A stretch of 64,000 nucleotides of DNA from contig OZ243961.1 in NCBI GenBank assembly GCA_965214605.1, positions 96,001-160,000 on the forward strand, read 5' to 3'. Position 1 is the stretch's first letter, and each line of letters starts with the position of its first letter. A model generated the notes under the pieces. The model worked only from the letters and a program-made list of their open reading frames with translations, made no database searches and was not told the origin of the DNA. Source of the DNA: an uncultured Candidatus Binatia bacterium (GTDB lineage Bacteria; Desulfobacterota; Binatia; Bin18). Below, in pieces: positions 18,870 to 29,115 of this stretch. Both the position numbers and the translations under genes were made by a program.

Positions 18870-20168
18870 CTACAGATTGTCCCCCTCCCGCTCCAACACC
18901 GCGCCATACTTCCGCAGCGCCTGCTCGCGGAGCGCCGGCAGGTGGCCGGTCGGGAACCGCCCCGGGGTCCCTGTGTACTCGCGGAGGACTTGGCGCGCCA
19001 CCGTCACTTTGTGGACCTCGGTCGGGCCGTCGGCGAGGCCCATGACAAACGCCTCGGTAATCTGCTTTGAGAACGGCATTTCATTGGACACGCCCAAGGC
19101 GCCGTGCAGGTGGAGGGCGCGGGTGGCGACCTGATGGAAGACTTGGGGCATGACCGCCTTGATGGCGGCAATATCCATGCGGACTTTGCGAGAGTCGTTG
19201 TATTGGTCAATTTTCCAGGCGGTGCGTAGCACCAACAGGCGAAACTGTTCGATCTCGATCCACGAGTCGGCGATCTTCTCCTGTACCATCTGCTTATTAG
19301 CCAGGAGTTCCCCCTGGGTCTCCCGTGAGAGGACCCGCTCGCACATCATGTCAAACGATTTCTTGATCTGGCCGATAGTCCGCATAGCGTGGTGAATACG
19401 GCCGCCGCCCAAGCGGGTCTGGGCAACCTCAAAGCCCTGGCCGGGAGCGCCTAGCATATTTTCGGCTGGCACCCGCACATGATCGTAATGAATGTAGGCG
19501 TGGTCGCCTTCGCCCTCAGCTTCATCGGCTAGGCCGACATTGCGCTTAATATGAATGCCGGGGGTGTCGGTCGGTACAATAAACATGGACATGCGTTGGT
19601 AGGGTGGGGCGTCCGGGTCGGTCACGACCATGACGATCAGAAACGTTGCCCAGCGGGCGTTGGACGAAAACCATTTCTCCCCATTGATGACCCAGAAGTC
19701 GCCGTCTCGCTCGGCACGACACCGAAACATCTTGGGGTCGGCTCCGGCGTGCGGCTCGGTCATGGAAAAGCAGGACACAATCTCGCCGTTGAGCAGCGGC
19801 TTCAGGTATCTCTCCTTGTGCTCCGGGCTACCGTAGTGGGCCAAAATTTCGCTATTGCCAGTGTCTGGCGCCTGGCAGCCAAAGACAATCGGTGCAAACC
19901 GTGAACGGCCCAGAATCTCATTTATCAGCCCCAGTTTGAGCTGCCCATAGCCCTTACCTCCTAGCTCTGGTCCGAGATGGCAGGCCCACAGGCCGTGCCG
20001 TTTGACCTCGGCTTGGAGCGTGGGCACAATTTTCCGGTGGCGCGGGTTCTGAATGTCATACGGGTTGCCCAGCACATAGTCCAGAGGTTCGACTTCCTCA
20101 CGGACAAAAGTGTCTATCCAGTCAAGTTCTTTTTGAAACTCCGGCTCTGTTTCAAAATCCCAAGCCAT
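18870..20168 (-). CDS. Acyl-CoA dehydrogenase family protein
   Basis: QAPDTGN, FSMTEP, INGEKWFSSNA, RLGGGRIHHAMR, LADGPTEVH. Confidence 0.95.
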   Translation of the reverse strand: MAWDFETEPEFQKELDWIDTFVREEVEPLDYVLGNPYDIQNPRHRKIVPTLQAEVKRHGLWACHLGPELGGKGYGQLKLGLINEILGRSRFAPIVFGCQAPDTGNSEILAHYGSPEHKERYLKPLLNGEIVSCFSMTEPHAGADPKMFRCRAERDGDFWVINGEKWFSSNARWATFLIVMVVTDPDAPPYQRMSMFIVPTDTPGIHIKRNVGLADEAEGEGDHAYIHYDHVRVPAENMLGAPGQGFEVAQTRLGGGRIHHAMRTIGQIKKSFDMMCERVLSRETQGELLANKQMVQEKIADSWIEIEQFRLLVLRTAWKIDQYNDSRKVRMDIAAIKAVMPQVFHQVATRALHLHGALGVSNEMPFSKQITEAFVMGLADGPTEVHKVTVARQVLREYTGTPGRFPTGHLPALREQALRKYGAVLEREGDNL

Positions 20169-20413
20169 ATGTCAATCCTCCTTGAGTGTGTGGTGAGCGC
20201 GAAATAGTCCACAGTACATAGCAGACACGCGTATTTTTTGCACCTGCCGTTCACTTTTGGCGGCCCGGTTTATTTCCTTTGAGGATCCGATCTGGTACAC
20301 TGCTCTATACATAATCGCTGCTATGGTAGCCGCCCGGTCGAGCCGTTTTGTTGCCGCGATAGCAGAATAAGACGGTATGGGGGACTGGCGCGGGATGCGG
20401 AGAGGAGGAGGAT

Positions 20414-21733
20414 GTGGAGGATAGCCATAACAGGCGATCGGTCAGCTTAAACCTGAATATTCGTGGACTACGCCAGTCCGCCACCCTTGCCGTCAATGAA
20501 CGCAGCAACGCGCTGCGGAAAGAAGGACGACGCCTCTACAAAATGGGGCTCGGCCAGTCGCCGTTTCCGGTGCCAACCGAGGTGGTTGACGCCCTAACGT
20601 TGCACGCCAGCGAAAAAGACTATCTGCCGGTGACGGGGCTACCCGCTCTACGCGAGGCGGTGGCCGAGTTTCACCGCAAAAAAGATCGGCTTGATGCGCA
20701 GCCCGAGCATGTCTTGATCGGGCCCGGTTCCAAGGAGCTGATGTTTCTGCTGCAGCTGACCTTTTACGGTGAGCTGCTCGTCCCATCCCCGTCTTGGGTA
20801 TCCTACGTGCCGCAGGCCAGGATTATTGGTCGGCAGGTCCGGTTGGTGCCAACCCGTTTTGCCAACAACTGGCGGGTGACGCCCCGGCAGCTGGTCGCCA
20901 TCTGTCAGGAGGATCCGGATCGGCCCCGTCTGCTGGTGCTCAATTATCCGGGCAATCCCGAGGGGGGCAGTTATACCGCGGACGAGTTGCAAGAGATTGC
21001 CGAGATTGCCCGTCGGTTTGGCGTGATTCTGCTGTCTGATGAAATCTATGGTCAGTTGCACCATCAGGGGGAGCATGTCTCGGTTGCCCGATTTTACCCC
21101 GAAGGGACAATTGTAAGTTCGGGTTTATCGAAGTGGTGCGGAGCCGGAGGCTGGCGGCTGGGCACTTTCACGTTTCCGCCCGACTTATCCTGCCTCATGG
21201 AGGCCATGGCCGCGGTTGCCAGTGAGACCTACACCTCGGTTAGTACGCCGATTCAGTTTGCTGCGGTGCGGGCGTTTAAAAACGGCCTGGCCATTGAGCG
21301 CTACCTGTGGCACGTACGGCGAATTTTGGCCGGATTGGGCCGACGTTGCGCCGAGATACTGCGCCAAGCCGGAGTGCGGATCCGGAGGCCGGTTGGGGCA
21401 TTTTATCTGTTTCCGGATTTCTCCCCTTTTGGCGTGCATCTTGCCAAACGCGATATCCGGGACAGCACCACGTTTTGTGAGCGCTTGCTCGAAGAGACCG
21501 GGGTTGCGGTTCTTCCCGGCGTCTCGTTTCAGCGACCGGCCGAAGAACTGACCGCTCGACTAGCCTATGTGGACTTTGATGGGGCCAAAGCCCTGTCGGC
21601 CAGTGAGACGATTCCGCTTGATCAGTCTTTATCCGACGACTTTTTTAGTCTGTGGTGTGGCAGCACCCTTGAGGCAACTCAGCGTGTTGTTGAGTGGGTG
21701 ACGATGCCAGCCCGGCAAATGATCGCGGCCTGA
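20414..21733 (+). CDS. Class I/II PLP-dependent (aspartate-like) aminotransferase
   Basis: GLGQSPFPVP, NYPGNPEG, SDEIY, SGLSKWCGAGGWRLG. Confidence 0.93.
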   Translation: MEDSHNRRSVSLNLNIRGLRQSATLAVNERSNALRKEGRRLYKMGLGQSPFPVPTEVVDALTLHASEKDYLPVTGLPALREAVAEFHRKKDRLDAQPEHVLIGPGSKELMFLLQLTFYGELLVPSPSWVSYVPQARIIGRQVRLVPTRFANNWRVTPRQLVAICQEDPDRPRLLVLNYPGNPEGGSYTADELQEIAEIARRFGVILLSDEIYGQLHHQGEHVSVARFYPEGTIVSSGLSKWCGAGGWRLGTFTFPPDLSCLMEAMAAVASETYTSVSTPIQFAAVRAFKNGLAIERYLWHVRRILAGLGRRCAEILRQAGVRIRRPVGAFYLFPDFSPFGVHLAKRDIRDSTTFCERLLEETGVAVLPGVSFQRPAEELTARLAYVDFDGAKALSASETIPLDQSLSDDFFSLWCGSTLEATQRVVEWVTMPARQMIAA

Positions 21734-21758
21734 CCGTGGCAGAAAGCGAGGGGCAGCG

Positions 21759-22856
21759 TCACACCGCTTGCGGCGGCAGCCAGCGCAACTCCTGAAAGCG
21801 CTTAATCCACTTGCGGAACATGTCCTCAGTATCCATACACTCGTGGAAGCCGGCTTGGCGCAGCTTAATCGTGCTGACCAGCATGGGGGGAGGTGCCTGA
21901 TTCCTGCCATAGGCCAGACAGAAGTCGGCCAGGGCTGCGGATTCTCCCACAAATTCCTGGACGTCTGTTGGGGCGGTGAGATTGTATTTTTTCACAATCG
22001 CCTCCCACTCGTCCTGGTGTTTGGGCAGCTCTTCGACCATCGAACAGGGCTGCGGCGGACCAACTTCCATGCCGAACGCCTCGGCCAGCACAGGCCACAC
22101 ATTCTGCCACACATACACATCGCCATTAGTGATATTAAAGATTTCGTTATGGCTGGCATCGGCGTTGGCCGCCCACTCCAGTGCATGGGCCAGGACATCG
22201 ACGTCAATCGCCTCAAAGACATAGGGCGCGCCGCCAGGGTAGGACAGGGGTTTGCCCTGTTCTTTTAACAGGGCTGCGTACACACCGATCGGGGTAATCA
22301 CATTCAGATTGCTGCCTATAGCCTCACCAAAGATGAGCTGTGGGCGCCAGATGGACCAGTGCCAATCTTTGCCCTGCTGTTTGTCTTTGATGTAGTCTTC
22401 GTGCAGCCAGTAGAAGTTGGCGTGCGGGTGGCGGGGCCAGCGTTCCCGGGCCGGAACCGGAAAGGGGGCAATATGCGCGCCGTAGGCTTTGGTGCCTTGC
22501 AGGACCGAGATGTGTTGGAGGTTTTTGGCGACAGATTCAAGGGGCTCAAACAGATTGACCAGCATGCTGCGGTTGGTCTGCATCTGGTGTGGATCAAGCC
22601 AGCCCGCCACGAGGCCCGGTGTTTCGTTCACCGCGGCATAAACCACGTGGGTCACCTCGCTCATCTGGCGGAAAACCTCAGCGCAGCGGGACGGGTCGGT
22701 CAGATCGACCGAGAGGAACCTCACCCCCTCCCGGCTGGGTGGGGCCCGGCGAGAAACGGCCACGACCTCCCAGTCCGGCAGGCCGGAGAAATGTCGCACC
22801 GCCGCAGAGCCGACAAGCCCGGACGCTCCGGCAACGAGCACGGTCTTCTTTGACAT
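21759..22856 (-). CDS. NAD(P)-dependent SDR, progesterone 5-beta-reductase/iridoid synthase (PRISE)-like
   Basis: GASGLVG, VSRR, LQGTKAYG, NFYW.HED, WSIWRP, FNITNGD, KLRQAGF. Confidence 0.88.
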   Translation of the reverse strand: MSKKTVLVAGASGLVGSAAVRHFSGLPDWEVVAVSRRAPPSREGVRFLSVDLTDPSRCAEVFRQMSEVTHVVYAAVNETPGLVAGWLDPHQMQTNRSMLVNLFEPLESVAKNLQHISVLQGTKAYGAHIAPFPVPARERWPRHPHANFYWLHEDYIKDKQQGKDWHWSIWRPQLIFGEAIGSNLNVITPIGVYAALLKEQGKPLSYPGGAPYVFEAIDVDVLAHALEWAANADASHNEIFNITNGDVYVWQNVWPVLAEAFGMEVGPPQPCSMVEELPKHQDEWEAIVKKYNLTAPTDVQEFVGESAALADFCLAYGRNQAPPPMLVSTIKLRQAGFHECMDTEDMFRKWIKRFQELRWLPPQAV

Positions 22857-23152
22857 CCCAGTCCCTCCCTCTCCGTTCGGCAGTTGGGCCCAACTCTAGC
22901 CCAGTCTTGCCCGGCTTGTCAAAATTTGTTGGGAGGCCCTCGTCTTGCCCGTTGTTTTCTGACATGAAGGGTCTCGCGAAGAGAAGTCCCGAGGGGACGA
23001 CAGGAGGACGGGATGGATGGTGACGACATTCAATGTGTCACGGTTGTTGGCGCGGGGCTGATGGGGCACGGCATCGCCCAGGAGTTTGCCCTTGCCGGCT
23101 ATCCGGGCTGGCTGCCCTCGCGGCCCGCCAAGAGTCTCCCTACCGCGCTCGC
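22370..23152. repeat. Inverted duplication, right arm (partner 15113..15895)
   Basis: Reverse complement of 15113..15895. Confidence 0.95.
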
Positions 23153-23960
23153 TAATATTTCGGCCAACCTCGATCGCCTCAAGCGACTCGGCGTTGTGTC
23201 TCCCTCTCAAGCGGCGGCCGTGCCAAACCGGATTCGTACCAGCCCTGCTCTCAAAACTGCGGTCAGCGAAGCGGATGTGGTCATTGAATCGGTGTATGAA
23301 GACGCGAGCCTCAAGCGGCGCATCTTTCAAGAGCTGGACGCCGCGTGTCCGGACCGCACGATTTTGGCCAGCAATACCTCAACCCTCATGTTGGGCCAGT
23401 TTGCAACCGAACTCCGGCGCTCGGATAAGATCATCATCGCCCACTACGCCAATCCCCCTTATCTCATCCCGATTGTCGAACTCGTCCGGGGTGCGACAAC
23501 CTCGGACGAGACGGTCGAGACCATGTCGGCGTTGTTGACCCGGATCGGCAAGCGGCCGGTCGTGGTCCAAAAAGAGGTGCCTGGATTTATTCTCAACCGT
23601 CTTCAGGGAGCACTGCTGCGTGAGGCACTGTGGATGGTCCAAGAGGGGATCGCCAGCCCCCAGGCCATTGATACGGCCCTCAAAAATAGTATCGGACGCC
23701 GCTGGGCGGTGGCGGGAATCTTTGAGGTGTTTGAGCTGGCGGGCTGGGATTTGCTGGCGGCAGCCATGGCCGGTGTGTATCCACACCTGTCGAACGCTTC
23801 ACAGGTATCGCCGGTTCTGACCGAGCAGGTGAAACGCGGCGAGCTGGGGGTGAAAACGGGCAAAGGGTTCTATGAGTGGACGCCCGAGTCGGCCGAAGCG
23901 CTGCGGCACCGCATCGCCCATGCCTTGGTGGAGATTGAATCCTGGTCGGACGACACCTAA
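23013..23960 (+). CDS. 3-hydroxyacyl-CoA dehydrogenase family protein
   Basis: GAGLMGHGIA, VIESVYE, ASNTSTL, AHYANPP, GFILNRLQ, GVKTGKGFY. Confidence 0.93.
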   Translation: MDGDDIQCVTVVGAGLMGHGIAQEFALAGYPGWLPSRPAKSLPTALANISANLDRLKRLGVVSPSQAAAVPNRIRTSPALKTAVSEADVVIESVYEDASLKRRIFQELDAACPDRTILASNTSTLMLGQFATELRRSDKIIIAHYANPPYLIPIVELVRGATTSDETVETMSALLTRIGKRPVVVQKEVPGFILNRLQGALLREALWMVQEGIASPQAIDTALKNSIGRRWAVAGIFEVFELAGWDLLAAAMAGVYPHLSNASQVSPVLTEQVKRGELGVKTGKGFYEWTPESAEALRHRIAHALVEIESWSDDT

Positions 23961-23988
23961 GATGTCCACCAATGAAGGAGGATGACTG

Positions 23989-24285
23989 ATGGCTTTACAT
24001 TTGGCGGAGCTGTATTTGAACGTGGATAGTGTAAACAGGGCCAAGGAAATCGTGCAGGCTATAGACGGTATAGTGGCCGGGAATTTTCCGCCTGGCGTCA
24101 CTAAAATCGCTGGTCCGTGGGTGTCGAATGAAGAACCGAAACTGATTCTGGTGCTCGACATTCAGGATCATACAACTACAGTCGGTCCGTTCTTGCGGGG
24201 CATCACCCACGGCCATATCCTCAGACGGCGTTTTACGCCCATTGCCGAGTGGGAGACGGTCAAAGACGTGATTGCTGGGCTGTAG
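23989..24285 (+). CDS. Small hypothetical protein (possibly a DUF3303-like alpha/beta fold)
   Basis: 98 aa ORF with AAGGAGG RBS, co-oriented with the upstream gene. The family guess is weak. Confidence 0.65.
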   Translation: MALHLAELYLNVDSVNRAKEIVQAIDGIVAGNFPPGVTKIAGPWVSNEEPKLILVLDIQDHTTTVGPFLRGITHGHILRRRFTPIAEWETVKDVIAGL

Positions 24286-24342
24286 CGGGCCGAAGCAGCC
24301 GCGCAGGGCTGGGCGACCGGCCCTGCGCGATACGAACTGCGG

Positions 24343-25185
24343 CTAGGCCTGTGGAGCAAAAAAGGCGAAGGTCCGGGCCTCGATGCTCTCGCGTGCCGGC
24401 GCGTTGGCTGGGGCTGTAGGGTCGGCAAAGGCCGAGTGCGCGGTAAAGCGCGCCCGACCGTCTTCCATTGAGTCGTAGCACTTCAACAACATAGCTTCGC
24501 CGGGTTCCAGGCTGGGAAAATAGAACCAGCGCTGCTCAGGATTATAGGCCACCGAATAGATCTCACCGGTTCGATGGGAAAATATCAGGTCGGTCGGAAT
24601 AAAATCCTTGGGGTCCATACTTGTCGCGTCGCACACGGCTAGGGGCTGATCCTGAGCCGGGACGTTAATCGGGCGCCAAACGTTGATGACACAAAAGCGG
24701 TGTTTGAGGAGGGCCTCGGCCTCTTCGGCGGGCAACAGATCCCGCACCCGTTTGGGACCCGACGTGGCCGTATAGTCGTTATGGGCAAATCGCACCGGGG
24801 AGCTCACCCCGGTCTCGCCGCGCTTGGCGCGTGGGGCGCAACGAACGTTGTGGTCAAAGACGACTACTTTTGAGGCCCCGGTTAGGTCTTTGACCAGCTG
24901 GGCGGCCTCTGGATAGTAGACCGCTTTGACTTCGTCTGGATCATAAAAATTTTTCACCTTGGTCCCGCGGCGGGTGAGCATCAGGCCCTGTTGGTCTAGG
25001 GACAGCTGGTCCTGGACGTCCCGACCGTTGTAGACCGGGATGGTGTGCTTGTTTTGAGCCGGTCTTTTGGGCGGACTGTTACGGTCCGGGTTGACATGGT
25101 AGGCCGGTCGTTCTTGGGTATTGGCCAGATAATGAAAGAGGCCCTCAACATGGCTGAGGCCTTCGGTTGGAGCTGCATTCGCCAT
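24343..25185 (-). CDS. CmcJ/NvfI (AsaB-like) family oxidoreductase
   Basis: VVFDHNVR, AHNDYT, INVWRPI, PLAVCDA, LLKCYDS, HSAF, RESIEAR. GAGGAGG precedes MANAA. Confidence 0.88.
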   Translation of the reverse strand: MANAAPTEGLSHVEGLFHYLANTQERPAYHVNPDRNSPPKRPAQNKHTIPVYNGRDVQDQLSLDQQGLMLTRRGTKVKNFYDPDEVKAVYYPEAAQLVKDLTGASKVVVFDHNVRCAPRAKRGETGVSSPVRFAHNDYTATSGPKRVRDLLPAEEAEALLKHRFCVINVWRPINVPAQDQPLAVCDATSMDPKDFIPTDLIFSHRTGEIYSVAYNPEQRWFYFPSLEPGEAMLLKCYDSMEDGRARFTAHSAFADPTAPANAPARESIEARTFAFFAPQA

Positions 25186-25348
25186 CGCTATCCTCCTCGT
25201 GTGTTTGGGCTCCTGCCAATCCGTCTGAAACTGCAGGCTAGATAGGGTCCCCTCATAGGTACAGACGCCACGGTACAAAATCATGTTTTGTGTAGCAAGA
25301 GCCGGGCCGCGCTTTACACCCGCCACTCAAAGGCGCTATCAAAAGCTG

Positions 25349-25873
25349 ATGGTTGAGCTGACTATTGACCGGCTTGAGTCGGTCCTTGGAACGTTGCTGA
25401 TTGTGGCTGATGGACAGCGTTTGTGCGCACTTGACTACGCCGACACTGAGGAACGAATGCTACTGCTGCTGAAGCGTCGATATGGGCACTATCGTCTGTC
25501 CGGGGCGGTCGACCCCAACGGTTTCAGTGGCCAAGTCCAGGCCTATTTTGACGGCGATCTTCGAGTAATTGAGACGCTCCCGGTCAGCCTGGGCGGAACC
25601 GATTTTCAACAACAGGTGTGGACCGCGTTGCGCACGATTCCACCCGGCGATGTTCTGTCGTACGGACAGTTGGCGAAAAAACTCGGCCAGCCCAACGCCT
25701 ACCGGGCAGTCGGGATGAGCAACGCGCTCAATCCAATTGTCATTGTCGTACCCTGCCACCGTCTACTCGGGGTAAACGGCACCCTGACTGGTTATGCTGG
25801 AGGAGTCGAGCGCAAGCGGTGGTTGTTGCAGCATGAGGGGGTTGAGGTTGACAAACTCAGAGCTGGACGTTGA
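25349..25873 (+). CDS. ogt: Methylated-DNA--protein-cysteine S-methyltransferase
   Basis: GTDFQQQVW, SYGQLA, RAVG, active site VPCHR, GYAGG. Confidence 0.95.
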   Translation: MVELTIDRLESVLGTLLIVADGQRLCALDYADTEERMLLLLKRRYGHYRLSGAVDPNGFSGQVQAYFDGDLRVIETLPVSLGGTDFQQQVWTALRTIPPGDVLSYGQLAKKLGQPNAYRAVGMSNALNPIVIVVPCHRLLGVNGTLTGYAGGVERKRWLLQHEGVEVDKLRAGR

Positions 25874-25990
25874 ACCCGGACAGGCCCGCAAGACAGAGGG
25901 ACAATCGCCCACCTGGGCAGATCGGCAAACTTTTTTGGAAACGCTTTCCTAAGAGTCTCCGGAAATCTATTTATCCTAATAATTACATTG

Positions 25991-26575
25991 GCCATGAGCG
26001 CGGCGTTGGTGCGGAACAGGGAAGGTATCTCGTCCTTGTAGGTCCAGATCCGGTTGGACGCCCCTTCGCGGGTGGCATTTTCGTCGCTGGAGTTCTTCAA
26101 TTCGATCACGGCCAGGGGTAGGCCCTTGACGAACAGCACCACGTCAGGCCGGCGGTTGCTCTGTCCCGTGATCACCGTGAACTGGTTCATCGCGAGCCAG
26201 TCGTTGGGATCGGCGTCGGAGAAGTCGATCAACCGAGCAGCATCGCCGCCGATGCTGCCGTCCTCCTGGGCGACCTCGACGGGCACGCCCTTGATCAGGT
26301 AGCGGTGAAGGCGGCGGTTCTCCTTAGATGAGGGAGAGGATTTCCGTCTGCCGCACTTTGCGCACCACGTCCTCCAGCGTCTCGGCGGGCAGGTGCGGGT
26401 TGAGGCGTGCAAGCGCCTTGCGGAGCCGACCGGTGAGCAGTACCTCATCGTAGCTGCCGCGCTTCGGTGTCGGACCCTCTGGGCCGATGTCCGGTCCGTG
26501 CAGCACGGCAAAACCCAGCCCTGTAAGTCATTCGAGAGCCGCGTCTTCCACCTCGCTTTCGGTGAGTATAGCCAT
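25991..26575 (-). pseudogene. hsdR: Type I restriction subunit R, N-terminal remnant (copy 1)
   Basis: MAILTESEVEDAALE* (stop), a frameshift near 26325, then NQFTV..RRPDVVLFVKGLPLAVIELKN..EIPSLF, truncated. No helicase domain. Confidence 0.9.
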
Positions 26576-27074
26576 CAGGCCGCGGCTCTGCCCGTTCCCA
26601 GGACGAATCTTGCGTGCTCGCGGCGGAGCATCTCGTACGGGCTCATGCAGCGCAGGCCGATGCAGGCATTCGGAATCTTGATCTTGCTGGTGGTGTCGGC
26701 GGGGATTTCGTGCGTGACGACGATGCACTTGTGAGCCAGCGCATGCGCGACAAGCCAGTAGTCCGCAACCTGCAGGAAGGTTGCGACAGCGGCCGGCTGG
26801 TATCCATGGCCGCTTGCCCAGTTGCTCACGGCAGGGAGCGCCGGCAACACCGCGTCGTCCGGTGGAAGAAAGAATCCGTCGCCCTGCGCTGCGGCCCACT
26901 CCGCCAACTTGTCGTCTCCGGCTTGCAGCTCGTCCGCGACCTTTTCGATGCTCGCGACCTTGCCCGTGCCGTTTTGCTCAACCAGCCAGTCCCAGAAGGC
27001 GGGGCAGAAATCGAAGCCATAGTGCAGATTTTGACCTGGATGAAGACGTTCGTATCGACAAGATAGGCCGTCAT
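26575..27074 (-). pseudogene. DUF4411-family PIN-domain protein, frameshifted
   Basis: YLVDTNVFIQ then a frameshift at the A-run 27029-27032; other frame reads HYGFDFCPAFWDWL..ADYWLVAHA..VVTHE..KIKIPNAC. Confidence 0.85.
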
Positions 27075-28225
27075 CTCATCACCCCGGCTTCGCGCCCGAT
27101 ATTGTTGAAGGTCTTGGTTTTCTTAACGCCCAACATCCGGAAAGCATCCCGATAGAGCGTCTGGCCCTCGAGCGTGCTCACGACCAGCGCGCGGGCGAAC
27201 CGCCGCCCGACCCGCGCAACCGTGGTGCGATAGAAGTCGCCGCCGCTGCTGCCCGCTTGGACGAACTTCCGCAGGCGTTCATTCTCCTGCGCCCAGGCGG
27301 TGTCAAAACGCTCGCGAGTCAGCCAGCCCGCATCAAGCAGGCGTCGCAGGATGACCAACGTGCTGACCTTGAAGGTACGCGTCAGCCGGGACAGCGCGTC
27401 CGGGAGTGGCTCGTTCCGGCGCAGATCGGATCGCAGGGCCTCCAGCGGCACAAGAAACTCCGCCGCCACGGTGTTGCACCACACTTCCTCGTTCCTGAAG
27501 CCTCGCCCGGGCGCCGCGCCCATGTTCGACAAAGCCGAAGCGCCAAGCCAGACATGCGCGAGTTCGTGGGCGAGCGTGAACATCTGCGCCGCATTCGTGT
27601 CCTTGCCGTTGACGAAGATCAGCGGCGCGAGCGGATCGCACAGCGCGAAGCCGCGGAACTCGGCGGGATCGAGACGGCGGCGATTGTTGCTCATCACGGT
27701 GCCGCTCACCATGACGAGAATGCCGGTCTGGTCAGCCTGACGGATGAACAGCCGCAGTGCAGCGGTCCAGGTCGGACACTCCCGGCGAACGGCCAGATCG
27801 AAAGCCAAGGTTTCTCGCATACGGGCCGCAACAGTTTCAGGAGAGGTCCTGACCGAGGCGCTGCCGACGAAGCCGAGATCCGGTTCGCCGGCGACGCGGG
27901 CAAACTCCCGATACCAACTCTGCCGTTCTTGGCAAGCGTAGAGCGTGTCCAGCAGATTCGGGCTGGGGCGTGGGACGGCGTGCCCGGCGAAGGTACGGAA
28001 GTCCGAAATGGGTAGGGCTTCCTCCGGCGGTTCCAAAAGAAACAGATACCCCACCGGCACATGGAGAGCGCGTGCGAACGCCGCCGCCTGCTTCAGGGGG
28101 GGCCGGGTTTGGCCGTCCTCCCACTCGGGCAGTTGCCGGAACTGCGCCGCCAGATCTTCCGGCGCGACCCCGGCGCGCTCGCGCGCCCAACGCAGAAGCT
28201 TGGGATTGACGGGGACGCGGATCAT
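27071..28225 (-). CDS. XRE-HTH + ImmA/IrrE family metallo-endopeptidase
   Basis: N-terminal LLRWARERAG HTH, EFRGFAL.D..APLIFVN, FTLAHELAH (HExxH), CNTVAAEFLVP. Confidence 0.92.
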   Translation of the reverse strand: MIRVPVNPKLLRWARERAGVAPEDLAAQFRQLPEWEDGQTRPPLKQAAAFARALHVPVGYLFLLEPPEEALPISDFRTFAGHAVPRPSPNLLDTLYACQERQSWYREFARVAGEPDLGFVGSASVRTSPETVAARMRETLAFDLAVRRECPTWTAALRLFIRQADQTGILVMVSGTVMSNNRRRLDPAEFRGFALCDPLAPLIFVNGKDTNAAQMFTLAHELAHVWLGASALSNMGAAPGRGFRNEEVWCNTVAAEFLVPLEALRSDLRRNEPLPDALSRLTRTFKVSTLVILRRLLDAGWLTRERFDTAWAQENERLRKFVQAGSSGGDFYRTTVARVGRRFARALVVSTLEGQTLYRDAFRMLGVKKTKTFNNIGREAGVMR

Positions 28226-28870
28226 GGGCGCTCCCCCGCCAGGCTCGCCAGAGCGGCCTTCAGGACCTGGAAGCACACCTTGGCGGTGTGTTCATCCGGT
28301 GTGAAACCCGCGCCCATCTGCTCGTACGGGTGGATGTCGTTGCGGAAATCGCGCAAGCCGTGGCTGAACTTCTTGATGGCGAGCTTCAGAACGCCAACCT
28401 CGCGGGCAACGTCGATTAACTGCGCAAGGGGCCATTCAGGAAAGCGTTTCGGCGAACCGTTCGCTGTCTTCGGCGCCGCCTTCGCCTGATTGAAGCTTGC
28501 CGGAGCCTGCTGAGCTGCGCCAAGGAGCACAGCTTCTAGGACGCTGCCGCACAGAAAGATGACAGACAAATGAGCACCTGCGCCGAGCGCGATACGGGCC
28601 TCATTAAGCCGTGCTTCGACTAGTGAGACGACCTGTGTGTCAATCGGCATTTTCTGAATGTTCGGAACCGCGAACTCACGGGCCCAAGAACTCCCTTTCC
28701 AGCGTAGCAGATTGAGGCACACTAGATCGACCGGTCAGACGTCCGGCAATGCCGCGCGCCTTCTCAAGCAATTCTCTGTCCAGGTCCCTGCCATTGAGGT
28801 TGCAGTCTGCCTCATAGGAATCTAGCATCTCGGATAGTACCGGGCCAACCCGCCGGTCCGGCTCCGACCC
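28222..28870 (-). pseudogene. HEPN-like domain protein (AbiJ-like N-terminus lost), frameshifted
   Basis: C-terminus GSVLEAVL...LRDFRNDIHP (RxxxxxxH). An upstream frame EPDRRVGPVLSEMLDSYEADC..EREFL joins via a frameshift near 28683. Confidence 0.65.
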
Positions 28871-29115
28871 AGTACTGCAGTCCGCAGTCGCGCCGCCTGA
28901 CCCCGTCGCGCGGGCCTCAGCTTCTCGCCTGCCTTCGCGGTGACGATCACGCCCCGGCCCTTCGGCTTCGCGCCGTCGGCATGTACGGGAACGAGCTGGC
29001 CGTCTGCCTTCGAGACGTACCGCTGGACGACGTAGCGGTCGTCGTCGAGACAGCGGCCGACGAAGTGCGTGAGAAAGAGCTGCGCGTCGCTGCGCGGGGC
29101 CAGGGTCGCCTGCAT
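28822..29115 (-). CDS. Hypothetical protein fragment (mobile-element type), running into the HEPN remnant
   Basis: AAGGAG RBS then MQATLAPRSDAQLFLTHFVGRC.. The C-terminus overlaps the HEPN remnant out of frame. Confidence 0.45.
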   Translation of the reverse strand: MQATLAPRSDAQLFLTHFVGRCLDDDRYVVQRYVSKADGQLVPVHADGAKPKGRGVIVTAKAGEKLRPARRGQAARLRTAVLGRSRTGGLARYYPRC

